Notes under the pieces: generated by a model
What the model saw: only the letters and a program-made list of their open reading frames with translations
Database searches by the model: none
What the model was told of the DNA's origin: nothing
Position numbers and translations under genes: made by a program
Shown: positions 1-11,901 of the stretch, one piece after another
How positions within the stretch are numbered: the stretch's first letter is position 1
How the letters are laid out: the number at the start of each line of letters is the position of its first letter
DNA from: Owenia fusiformis
Lineage: Eukaryota
Direction: 5' to 3'
DNA length: 64,000 bases
Assembly (NCBI GenBank): GCA_903813345.2
Contig: CAIIXF020000001.1
Coordinates: 3,906,001-3,970,000, forward strand

Positions 1-949
1 AGGGCATGCTAGGGTCAGAGGTTAGTGGTCTAAATATCTGACAGATGGCCATCCCCATAGCAACGACACACATCAATTTACAACTGAAAGGTAAGTGAAG
101 ATTCTAGAGAATATTATTAAATCTGAGTACTCTTAACCCCTTGACCATATGAATATATTAGCCAGTAAATAAATGTGCCTATTGAACAAGGCACCCTGCT
201 TCACCCTTATTTCTGTGAATCTTAATGTTTGCCAATCCGAATCCCTCAAAGACCGTCTAATGCATTTTCCTGACCAGATGGCTATTATGAATAGAAGGAC
301 ATGTTTACATTTTTCTAGTAATCTCATCTTAGACTTATCCTACAGGTTTCACCTAAGGCTCACCTCCGAACATATTTATACCAAATCAAGATCTAGAAGC
401 AAATGCAAATACAGTCTAGTTATTATATAGCTAGCCTAGAATAAATATAGGTCTAAATAGGAATTTCCCTGTCCCATTAAGTTATATAATATTTTATGTT
501 GATAATGATGCATATGTCCCACAAAGTTGGTTGACAGAGAGGTCATCTATTCTTAGAGACACTTGTTATTCATGGATGAGACACCTTAGGGGTCAAGTCA
601 TAATAATATCTACTTCCATTAGGAACATTTATTGTGTTAGTAAGTGTTTTGTGATGGCATACATTTTCATATTCTCAGCATTAGTAAAGACACTTTTCAT
701 CCGATGCAGTCAATAATAACATCCATACAAATGCATGGTGAAGGATAAAGGTTATGTTAAAACCAAAATAACACTTTTTGAGAGATCTTAATTTATTTTT
801 TAAATGACCCCTATCACATTTTAACTGTCTCCCACAGGAGTGGTCTTTCAGCTACCCTGCATGCAGAGTCTAGTTAAACTACACTCTGCCTAGTAGAGAC
901 CATATTACAGTTTAGTAGCCCCGCCCCCACGACGGGTACCGGTGACAGT

Positions 950-1200
950 TTGAGTAAATCACTTTTGACCTACGCGCTGACCTTCCACCAATCAGCGAGC
1001 TTGAAGAAACATGGACCAAATGCGTTCTAATTAAATATGCGCATGTCATTGGTCAATTCCGGGCTCAACGATGACGTCAGAAGGAATGACCATATAAAGA
1101 ACATCGGTCAAATTTGGCCGACGAACACTGATTGGCGCGGTGAGTTCACAGGTTTATTTAAGTTTGAAAGAGTGAAGACGAAGCTCTCTTTTAAGAAGTG
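950..1200. promoter_or_regulatory. Possible promoter/enhancer (CCAAT boxes, CRE) of an unidentified gene
   Basis: Locally CpG-rich patch with CCAAT 988-992, ATTGG at ~1048 and ~1131, and palindromic TGACGTCA 1072-1079. No linked coding exon was found. Confidence 0.3.
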
Positions 1201-4200
1201 AAGTCAAACGAATGTAAAGGGTATCTTTCAGCAAGGTTGTCATACGAATCTTTCAAAACCTATCTCATTAAAGGAAGTTCAGGTCTCAAGTAGAACTTAT
1301 TTAGACCCCCTGGGACCCTAGACAGTACCATGAAAAGTTCAGTATCAATTTGGGACACTTCTAAAGCTTAAATGTTATTTCACACTACATGTTTAAGTAA
1401 TTAAACCAACTGTAATTAGTGATATCATTGCTTGCCTAATTGATGTTCCTGATGAATTATGCATGGCTATTTAATATTTCTAGGATGACTAGATTTGAAC
1501 ATTTCATGATAGAAATAACCTGGTAGTATTATTGTCTCCTTTTGCCAAAATCTACACCCATGATGTGACATAATACCATATTAGGAATTTTGACTAACTT
1601 GAACAAGCGGTATTTGAGTTATCAAAATTCATATTTTCACAAAAATGGCAGACATTTTTAATTGAGCACCCATATCTGAAACTCATTCTACAGGAGAAGT
1701 CCTAGATGTATTTCAGAGAATTGTTGCAACAATATATAATTTAGTGAGAATGTTTGTACTTACAATACAATACAGAGAAACAGTGTAGCATCCCTTGACA
1801 TCCTGGCTGTAAACATCAGCAATGACTTTGCTTACTGTGGTAGTTTAGAGGTAAACTTTCGCGTCTTTCCAGTACCAATGGACGTTATGTACGACAACGT
1901 CAACGTCATAGCAATCAATGTCATAGCTGAAAACACAAAGAATAGAAAATAATCAAATTGTCTCTTGTTCCTATGTAAGAACAAATGTGACTCAATATGC
2001 AATCCTCTGTTTCATTTCCTCCCACAGTTATTAAAGGGACTGGAAGAAACAGAGAGGAGTTGAGGTGAAGTTTCAAAAAGTTTCTATTAATTTTATATTT
2101 TCACAATTCTTACTTTATTTCAGTGTAATTAATCAATTTTTAAGGTACTGGCAAAAAATTGAAAAAGGAACAAATTAAAAAAAATTTCTGCAACTTCTAC
2201 ATATTAGGAAATTTGGATAATTTATCAGGAAAACATTTGCAGGATATTTGACAAGAGCGCTTGCAACATTTAAGTCTTGTCCATCCCTTCTAATGCAAAT
2301 CAAAACTTTTTATTTGAATAATTAGAGATTGAATGTGCACTGTATATTGCCCATTCTTGCCTTCCATCTTGGTTCACTTTGCTCCATTGAGCAAAAGCTG
2401 AGCTTTGAAGATGGCCTTCGCTGGGTCTAAAGGGATTAAAACAATTAGATCCCCATAGATTAAGAAGGCAAATGTGACAATATTGTAAAATGCTTATTAC
2501 TATTATAATGCACAAGCTGTCTAAGAATTTGAGTATTATTTTCATCTTTGGCTTCTGGGTCTATGAGGTTGAAACAATTTGACACTCCTCATACATGTAT
2601 ATTAAATACTTCACACCTTTTTCAAGATTTGGAGCTTCATGTATACTCTTTTAATAGGAAGTATATCTTTGATGTCGTCTTAACCAATCAGATAAGTTCA
2701 ATCAAAATTTTGCAGCCATACATATTATATACTAGTATATCTTTTATTATTCATATAAATGACATATCAGTCACTACAGTGTACAAACCGGCCTTTAAAC
2801 TACAAACTACAACTACAAACTACAAAACTATTTTACATCAGTTTCACATGTTACAAGTATAACTAATAACGAAACATAGCTGTTATTTATTTTATATTCA
2901 ATCTCCCGTGAAAGGCCATAACAACTACTTTTGTGGTCATTAAACTCTTATCTGCAGCAAAACTGTAAAATGTTCTATCCTTTTCAGAGAGTAGTTATGG
3001 CTATTAGCCTTAAAGCCTCAGGGTTATTAACCAATATAATTAGAATTATTTACATGTATAAAACTGACATATAATCATATGTAGTGGGAATGTATAATCG
3101 AGAGTCCAAAGTTACTACATGTCTCTTGACATAAACAAAATTAAATTTTTAATGAAGGGAAAGTCTGTTAGAGACACAGACAAGTGGGTCATAAATATGG
3201 CACTTGCAATAAAACAGAATGAATGTGTACTTGTATGAGGGAGTGTTTCTGATATGAAAAATGGATTGTGCATTATCAGCAATGAAGTATGTATTTTATA
3301 AGTCTATTTATTTATCTAGACCATCTGCTGTCTTCAACCACCTATCAGTAAGCAGGTATTAAAGTTCAGATATTTTTGTACAATTTCAAATTTTCTGGTT
3401 AGAAGCATTTGGCTAACTATGCGGGACAGATGGTGAAGTTGGATACTAAGCCCTTTTTGTGACATCAGAGACCTTTAATATTTCATGAAGTGATCCTGGG
3501 GATGTTATACGCTATTAATTATAATTTAATTGAACAATTCAAACTCATTTGAAGTACAATAAATATATGCACATAAAAAGTGATTTTTCAATTCAAAACC
3601 AGATTCAATAGATATCAATACTGAGACACCTAAACCTATATCACAGAATATTAATGAGTTTTAAACAATATGTGTAAATGGAAATCCTCAGTTAGAGACA
3701 GAGATATAGTTCCAGCTTGAAATAATCAAGAAGATTACATAATTCTTGGAATTTTAGATGTATGGTTGGAGCTTGAAATAATCTACAAGATAACATAATT
3801 CCCTATTATCATATAGAATACTATTATAGTATTAGTTACCATTGGGTAATAGAGGGTTATGATATCTATATTTAAATCCAAATTAAATCCATGGCCTAAT
3901 CAACGGCTACTGTGATGTCAATCAGAAACTAATGGACAATGCCCTTTTGTCCTTTAATACAGATCATTAATACCATTGAGCCCAAATCCCCCCCCCCCCC
4001 CCCCCCCGGTCACAGTAATTTCACAAACCAAACAGACTTGGTTCATCTTGTACTCAAAGACATAATAAATAGAATATAGAGCATATAGGTACATTATGGG
4101 TGCATATAGCCCATCCTTTTTTAAATTATTATTTGTTTCATTAATGATATATATCATGGCATACCCACAGGCTGGTTAAATAATATTACATGCAACATTA

Positions 4201-4266
4201 TAAGATCAAGATGTACTTGGTATAACCATAGTTGACACTAACAGTGGTCTAAATTCATATGGATTG

Positions 4267-4371
4267 CAGGCCCGTAGTCAGGTCTTACTGGGGGTGAGCA
4301 GTTTTTCGAAGGGGGGAGTTTTTCCCAAGTTTTTGTGGCAGCTCCCTCCTCCCCCCCTAGATACGGGCCTG
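4267..4371. mobile_element. Short MITE-like element (CAGGCCCGTA...TACGGGCCTG)
   Basis: 10-bp perfect terminal inverted repeat around a G/C-run-rich core. Confidence 0.45.
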
Positions 4372-6959
4372 GACTGATACTGTAAAATAGAAAGAAACTA
4401 TTAACACTTTTTTTATATTAATCGAGCAAACTTGACAGTTTTACTGTCAAAGCCACTGACACCCTTCCCTTAGTTTAATCTAAGAGACTAAATTGCCTGA
4501 ACTCTTGGTCTGAAGCATTGGCTCTAAAGCCAATGGTTATATTAAAACTGAAAGACAAAATTACATTAACAATATGAATGCGTGACAATATGATGAAAAT
4601 GTCGCGCTTGCAAAGAGAATAACATTAAAATCAATAATCGGCAGCTGACATCGTATTTAGAGTGGAAACCACAGAGCAAACACTGTAACAGGAAAAATGC
4701 ATCTATCACTGGAGGCCAAATCAATACTTTAATATTGTCACCATTGATATTGAATAGAAATCTCCTGGACTGTAATGATTATAATTATAGAGTATAGCAT
4801 CTAGGGCCCTCATCTTTTATGGGTTGTCATGGCAACCAGCACACGTTTGTGACAGATGAAGGGACGCATTAGTGATATGCTGTCATATATCATCTAGTGG
4901 CAATCCCACAGAATATGTGCACGTAGGCTGATAGCAGATATCAGTGAACATAATGAATAGAAGAAACTTGAAATAATGCATGCGTGTGTGCACTTGAAAG
5001 ATGTATCTAAGTTACACAGATGCTTCAAAAAAATCTCAATAGAATCCCTCATGGAAATTTCATCAGCATACATATGATAATGTTGAATAAGCCTACCAGA
5101 CAGTGAAAATACCAGACGCTGTTACTGGTTTCATTTTTTCACTTCAGTAAAACATGTTGGATAAACATACGAATGTCAGACAGGAATTTATTTCAATTTC
5201 AACCTCCCCTTCTTTTGATCAACTTTGAAATTGATGACAGAGCCAATATTTGATGGTTAGACATTTTAATAAGCATTTAATAATTTAAATGTACATGTAT
5301 TTAGTCCTAGGGATTACTCCTATTAAGTTATTAAGTATAAGGCATCAAGTGAACCATACTAACAGTTTCAAAGTTATCATTTTTAAATTATAATATTTTT
5401 TTAACAAGATACCATCTAACAACCATACAGCCTTTCATCATTTTGAATGTTTCGGGCCAAAATTATCAAACTTGAAAACTGAACCCCCTCCTTCATGGCA
5501 AAAGCTGACTTTGGGCCTGTTCATCAAACTTTTTCTAGATGGCAGCTTGTATGTTTTAACAAGAATTGTGTTATAAGGAACACCTTATGTATTCAGAGGT
5601 TTAGGAATGATACCGAATTTATCCTAGGGAAGATACACATATTCCCATATCCAAAACCAACCATACAGATCAGATGTATCCCATACCTACTGAGGTTTCA
5701 TGTACAAAAAAAATAAATGGAATTTTCTAAATATTAATTTTCAAACTTTAAATATGAGATTTAATTACTATTTTTTAAAATTTAAAACGTTTTTTTATTT
5801 ATGAAACAAGACTGGGATAGTTACAGCCGTATGTCCCATACCTTGGTGATAGTGGGACAGATATAGACATATCCACTCTGGTCTTTGGATATATTATGTA
5901 TCCCTGCATGTTACGTACCAAAAACCACAGAAGGTATGAGATATAAGTACATGTAATCTATATTCCATTACCCCCTGGCTATATGAAAACTAATTCTATT
6001 CATTTTTTAATTTATGCGCCGTTTTTTGGCATATCCTGTCTGTCGTGTTGAAATCTTTTCAGCTGGCACGCGACTCATTCCTTTTTGTTTATCTACTTGA
6101 CACAAGCTTTACAAAAGCTCAGATCATACAAAATAATGAAACCTAGAATAATGAAACTTTAGAAATATCATTTAGAGCATAAATCAATACAAGAGTAAAA
6201 CATTCTTTGAAGTCGAGTTCAAATGTTGGTATTAAGTTTAGTCACCAATAGCTGAATGGGGGTTTATGTGTTCTAGTACATTCACAGCATTTCTCCACAA
6301 TTGGGACTTAACAATTATTCTAAGCAGCTGTTTGCCTATAGTTAAAATTAAAGGAAAATGGTTAAAACTGTTAAAAAGAATGTGGTTGTCTTTTCAGAAG
6401 TACAGTAATTGAGATTGGTTTTGTAGGAACAGATGGTGGCTTACATGGCTTGAAATTAACTTAGGACTTTACAGTGCATGTATCACATTTTGACTTCAAA
6501 ATGGATTTTTATTTGCCAATTGCCAGTAAAGGTTCAATGATCAGAAAACTGTTTGCTATTTTGAAATAAAAAGCAAACATTTTAAAAGCAATTTTTAATG
6601 TATTTTTGTTCCACTTTGGTATATAATTAACAACATCTTAGAATAAATTGAAAAATTGTACCTTTTCAATCTTGAGCAAAAGTAAAAAGTGAAGAGTGAT
6701 CTACTATTTTCTTTTCTTAAAAACAACTTTAATTTCTAAACAATCCAGTGAAAAAAAATGCTGTCATTCGGTTTTGCAGATAACATTACATCCTCTTAAT
6801 CCCCTACTCTCTTAATTCTATACCCTAACATGGGAGATCATGTTTTCTAGTTTTACATGACAAATGAAGTCCATGACCCCCATATTTTGCATGATTATGA
6901 AACTTAAATGTCAGAGACATTTTAATCAAAAATTTTAAATAAATGCTTCATTGTAAATC

Positions 6960-7456
6960 TTAAACCTGCACATCGCTCCAAAACGCAATATGTTGACATA
7001 TATTGTTTTTACATTTTCAAGCTCTAATATAAAGTTTATGTAAATAAAAATTGTTTTTTTCTGCGTAATATCAAAGAACAATCATTTAGTTAAAAAAATA
7101 AAAAGGCGAGTGCGGGATTCGAACCCGGGCCTCCCGCGTGCTAAGCGAGGATTCTACCGTTACACCACCGAATTCTTGTGAAGTGTGAGCGTAATTAAAC
7201 GCTACTTATTTTGAATGCTATGATTCGGAAGTGACGTCACGTTCTTCATTTAGAAACCTTTCCAAAATCATATCGCCGGCACCGATCGAAGCAAATTCAA
7301 TGAAAAATCTTTGAAATGACACATTTATCGTAAGTATTTCTACACAAGATTTGCCCCATTTGTTCATCATTCTATAATCTTTCATTAAGCTCAAAATGAT
7401 AAAGTTCACCCCCGAAACAACCCAAGATTGCGTTTCGGAGGGAAGTCCAGCTTTAA
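6960..7456. mobile_element. TTAA-flanked non-autonomous DNA transposon (Kolobok/piggyBac-like) carrying a tRNA-like sequence
   Basis: Left end TTAAACCTGCACATCGCTCCAAAACGCAAT; reverse complement of right end TTAAAGCTGGACTTCCCTCCGAAACGCAAT; TTAA on both sides. Confidence 0.6.
7105..7175 (-). pseudogene. tRNA-Ala(AGC)-like sequence (pseudo-tRNA / Pol III unit)
   Basis: Minus strand GAATTCGGTGGTGTAACGGTAGAATCCTCGCTTAGCACGCGGGAGGCCCGGGTTCGAATCCCGCACTCGCC followed by a T-run. Box A, box B (GGTTCGAATCC) and anticodon arm CTCGC-TTAGCAC-GCGGG are intact, but the acceptor stem does not pair. Confidence 0.55.
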
Positions 7457-7821
7457 ATGCTTTATTGTTAATTTATTTTCAGGCCACTGGGTATCATGGG
7501 CTAAAATGTATAATTTTATTAACAGTAGAGAGCACTTTCAAGTAAAGATGGTGCTTAAATCCAATGAGTCAAACATTCTAAACTAAAGGAAATCTTGAAT
7601 AAAGATGGCAGTAACATACAGTCTAATTCTACAACTAAACTTCAAAATTTTCTGGGGGAGACTCAACCTAGAATGATTGTTTTTCATTTCCCTCAACTTA
7701 TGTTCCCGTGGTGACATACTACTCATAGCGCTACACCCATGTAAGGCATCCTTCAAGATCAGGCATCACTACTATAGCAGCTATAAAAAGCATTGACATG
7801 TACCTATTTATATAAACTTAA

Positions 7822-8055
7822 CAGGGGCGTACCCAGCTTTCAGTCAGGGGGGATGGGATCGCCAAAAAAATTTCAGTTTTCAGTCAGGGTGGTGCGATTT
7901 TGGCATACACAAGATATTTGATTTGAATTTTTCAAAAATTGATGCAACTTCCCTCAAAATTGAGCTAGAAGCTTCAAATAAAAGCATTTTAAAGCTCTTT
8001 TCTTCTTCTATCTCATGGTTTTATTTTTATTGGTTGTGGGGGGGTGCGATCGCAA
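7822..8055 (+). repeat. Dispersed MITE-family copy (CAGGGGCGTA...), related to 56970-57244 in opposite orientation
   Basis: CAGGGGCGTACCCAGCTTTCAGTCAGGGG closely matches the reverse complement of CCCCTGACTGAAAGCTGGCTACGCCCCTG at ~57216-57244; internal segments are also shared. Confidence 0.55.
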
Positions 8056-8159
8056 ATGGTGTCATACATAGAGGTTCTTGTATGAGTACCTGTGCAAGAT
8101 TGTCTATTCTTGATGAGCTTTGATAATTCTTCTTTATCGAGTTAATAAAGCAAATCAGT

Positions 8160-8553
8160 AAAGGACGATTCTCGGTTTGGAGAACGAAGTTCATCAATCT
8201 AAATGAGCATTATCCCTGCTTCGGAAAAATTTGATTTTTTTACATAACATAGATTTGAGTGTCTTCTTTTGAATAGTCACAATTTAATTTGGGTAATATT
8301 TCTAGATTTTTCGCAAAAAAATATTAGCGCAGCACACTGATGAACTTCTTTCCTCAAATCGAGACTTGTATTTTATTGAATCGGTATAATTGAGCGTTAT
8401 CCCTGCTTCAGACCAAGTTGTTATTTTTACATCTTGTAGATTTAAATGTCTTCTTTTGAATATTCATAATTTAATTTGGGTAATATTTCTATATTTTTCA
8501 TCAAAAAAATTATTAGCCCAGGAGACTGTTCTCCAAACCGAGAATCGTCCTTT
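8160..8553. repeat. Element with ~25-bp inverted ends and an internal ~187-bp degenerate direct duplication
   Basis: AAAGGACGATTCTCGGTTTGGAGAAC versus GTTCTCCAAACCGAGAATCGTCCTTT; internal TGAGC(A/G)TTATCCCTGCTTC at ~8204 and ~8391. Confidence 0.5.
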
Positions 8554-9544
8554 CTTTTTTGTTTGTCTTTTTTTATCATAATTGATTATTTCAGTACTAG
8601 CTTCATCCTTTCACACAATGTACCATATATCTTTATCTTACACTCCCATCTTTCACTAGTTTGACATTAATGTTATTTAGCCTTGTCAATTTTACTTTAC
8701 TATTATGTACTTCTGTATCCAGGGGTTGCATTAGTATTATATAGACAGAAAAAACTGAGTCCATGTATATGTAAAATATATCCAAAAGCGCATTGTTCTC
8801 AAAAAATCCCCCCTTCATCATATGAAACACATTTTTTACATTGGGTCATTACTAAAAAAAACAAATACAAAAAATGTTTTGATCAGCCAAATCTAAATGT
8901 CTAGTTTTTCTAATATTAAAATGGTGGCAAGGATATTATACCATCATGATTCAGACGAAGTGAGTCGCTCCAAGGACGTCTATAGATAGATAGATGTCCT
9001 TGGTCGCTCCCATAATTATGTCGTATTCTTTCATTTTCTTTTGTATTCATGAACATGATTTATTTAAATCACGCCCCTCAGCATTTGATGTCCAATCAAA
9101 TTGCAGGATGTGATCATCTGAACAATCATGAGCACATGCTCTCTCAGTTCTGCACATGTGAAAGTAAAATTTGAAATCGTGGAAATGGCTTGAATAAACT
9201 TGAAGAAAAAACTCATAAAACAACAGTGAATATTGTGAGAACCATTTCAAATGAGGCCTGTTTATAAAATTGAATATCAAACATGCCAATACCAAAGGTC
9301 ATCTTTTGGAAATCCCCCCCCCCCCCTTGATTATGATTCATTCATTTTTGGTTAAGTGTGAACCATATATGCCATCTATTAATTCAAAATAAATCTAAAA
9401 CACACTGGTGAATTGTGTGCAGGCACCACTAAAACATCTCTAATGCTGGTTTTTATGGAGTTATTTTTTCTCCCTTCAATATTGAAACAAAAGAAGCTTT
9501 GTATAGAATTTAAGATTAGTGTGTATGTTTATGCAAATGTCAAT

Positions 9545-9860
9545 GGAGTCACATGTTACTTCAGGAACACATAACTCATTCCATATAAGGTCTCCATCTT
9601 TTCATTTTGCACATGAGTGCATTAGTGTGCCTAGAAAAAGTGACAAGAATAATATTTTATAAAACATGAGAAAATACAGTGACTTACTTTTTAAGATTAA
9701 AAGTTATTTAGGTCACTAAATATTCTCATTTTTTATACACCTTTTTGAAAATTATTCTCTTCACTCATTATCTCTCTGTGCAAATGTGAAAGAAGACGAC
9801 CATATATTTTTTATATGAAATGAGTTTTGTGTTCCTTAAAATAACATGCGAATTCAATGG
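9545..9860. mobile_element. Degenerate palindromic MITE related to 26183-26604
   Basis: Shares GAGTCACATGTTA...TTTTGCACA..GAGTGCA..GTGCCTAGAAAA with the LRRC40 intron-1 MITE; arms are imperfectly self-complementary. Confidence 0.45.
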
Positions 9861-10185
9861 TGATTAGTTGACTAGTCGCCATATTGGAAAAAATAATTTC
9901 ATTCGACTTTCAACACTTTCATTCCAAGCTTACAGCACTACAAACTGCAACATCGATGCAACAACAGAATAAAAGCACTCATCTTCAAATTGCATTAATT
10001 TATATAGATGTTGAAAAGTGAAAACCCACAAACAACTTAGCAGTTGACTAAAGAAGACATGTCGCTATTATCTAGGTCAATCAGTTCAGTGTCCGATAGC
10101 AAATCTATAGTACTCGTTTCCGAATTTTATTGTTCATTGTACAAGCTTTTCTTGATCATACTCGGTATACTGACCATTCAGGTAG
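9860..10185 (+). repeat. Dispersed repeat; inverted copy at ~46760-47070
   Basis: GACTAGTCGCCATATTGGAAAAAA and ~300 bp downstream match the reverse complement of the RCHY1 intron-1 copy. The spurious ORFs 10044+ and 46673- share SKSIVL.SEF.CSLY.L.LI.LGILTI. Confidence 0.7.
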
Positions 10186-11901
10186 TAATTTACATAAATA
10201 TCTCCCATGATGCAACACTTTGGAAGGGACAAATCCTCATTGGCCTGCTGAACGAATCGATTACTCTGAACGTTTTTCAGCTTCTGATCTTCCATCAGCC
10301 CTCAATCATAGTTATATGATCCAATATATTCAATAATCAAAAAGATAATGAGAGATTCAAAGTAACATTATTGATATTTTTTCAATCTTCGATGAAGTCT
10401 GAGCAATTTCTGGGAAATCAGTGACGTCAGTGGAATTGGACGGCATTTTCAACTACAGTTTCTTCGGATTTGGGGATTACAGTTCAAAAAGCTTTGTTAT
10501 ATACCTTAATATATATCTAATATTAATATTATATCATACATACCTATCATTTGTGCAAATGCAACTCTACATAAATGTTTAATAGAGTGTTTAATAGAGT
10601 GTGTAATCCAATGGGAAAGAACCCGGATGTAGACGAAGTTGTACCATACATGAGAGCTCTTCAAACGAGAGCTAACTAAACTGAACGAAAACTAAACGTT
10701 ATCGCGTATTGGTATATTGATAAGTTCCTTTTACTTTTGTCATTTATTATTATTACACTTAATTTCTAATTCCCTAAAGTTTTTTAATGTATAAAAAGAT
10801 TAAGGCCACAAGATAGCTCCCCAATGCCTGGTGCGCTGAATGTGTGACAAACTTTTTTAAATCATACATGTGACAGAAAACTGTACTAATATTCCTATTC
10901 TGGGAAAGTATTTTGATGCTTTATCTAAAGCTTTATGCAGCAGCATTATATATAATTTCTCAGTCTCTAAATGTTTGATAAGTTTTTTAAGCTGGTTTTA
11001 ATGAGTGATGAAGAAATTGTAATCAACATGCATCTCCTCAAAATGGTGGTAGACTAAAGTGAGTGATGTTACAAAATTGTGTGATTTTCCATATAAGTGT
11101 TCAACTTAGGAGAAAACACATTATGCATGGGCGTAGCTACATATATGCACTGGAATATACGCAGCCTCATACGATTGAGAGTCCAGACCAAAAGGTACGA
11201 AAATTTCCAATAAACATGCGTGACATATACGGGATTCGCGTGACAAATCCGAACAAATTGCGTTATTTTTACCGTATCGTAAAAATATTTTGAAAAATTT
11301 TCTACAGAAATATTTTTGCTTGACATTTACCAGGTAAAATGCGTATTTGCGTGACATTTTCTGTCACGCAAAAAAAACTGGCGTGACTTCAAATTCTTCA
11401 GCAAATGCGTGACAAATACGCAAATTGCGGGACAGTTGACAGGCCTGCAAATGTCATTCATGTACAATATGAATATACTTTTCCATATATTATTACACAA
11501 TGGTCTCCTGATTTCTTATTTTTGGGGTTCTACTGACAAAATAAAACAGTGAAAACTGAAATGGGCTGTAAGAAATATGTGCAATCAGTCCATTGTGCAT
11601 GGCGTCTTTGGTACGCTACTCTTTGTCTTTGTTACTATAAAATCTGTCACTTACTGTGTATTGACGTCCACATAAATATTTGTCGATAGTGGATATAGCG
11701 CCTAAATTAGAAATACGCCACTGCAACAGCATCTTTTTATTTTGCAACGTCAATTAACGGAAACTCAGGAACTTACTTTATTGTTAACTTGTAGTTCGCT
11801 CTAGCGATAGTAGTACGCTATAGCGAAATATAGGTGTTTCCTCTGGAAAATAACACGAACCGGAAAAATGCATCAGGTCAAGGACAGTTGAACGAAAGAT
11901 A

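Noticed and set aside
7105-7175. Functional tRNA-Ala gene
   Set aside because: The acceptor stem cannot pair and it lies inside a TIR element; kept only as tRNA-like.
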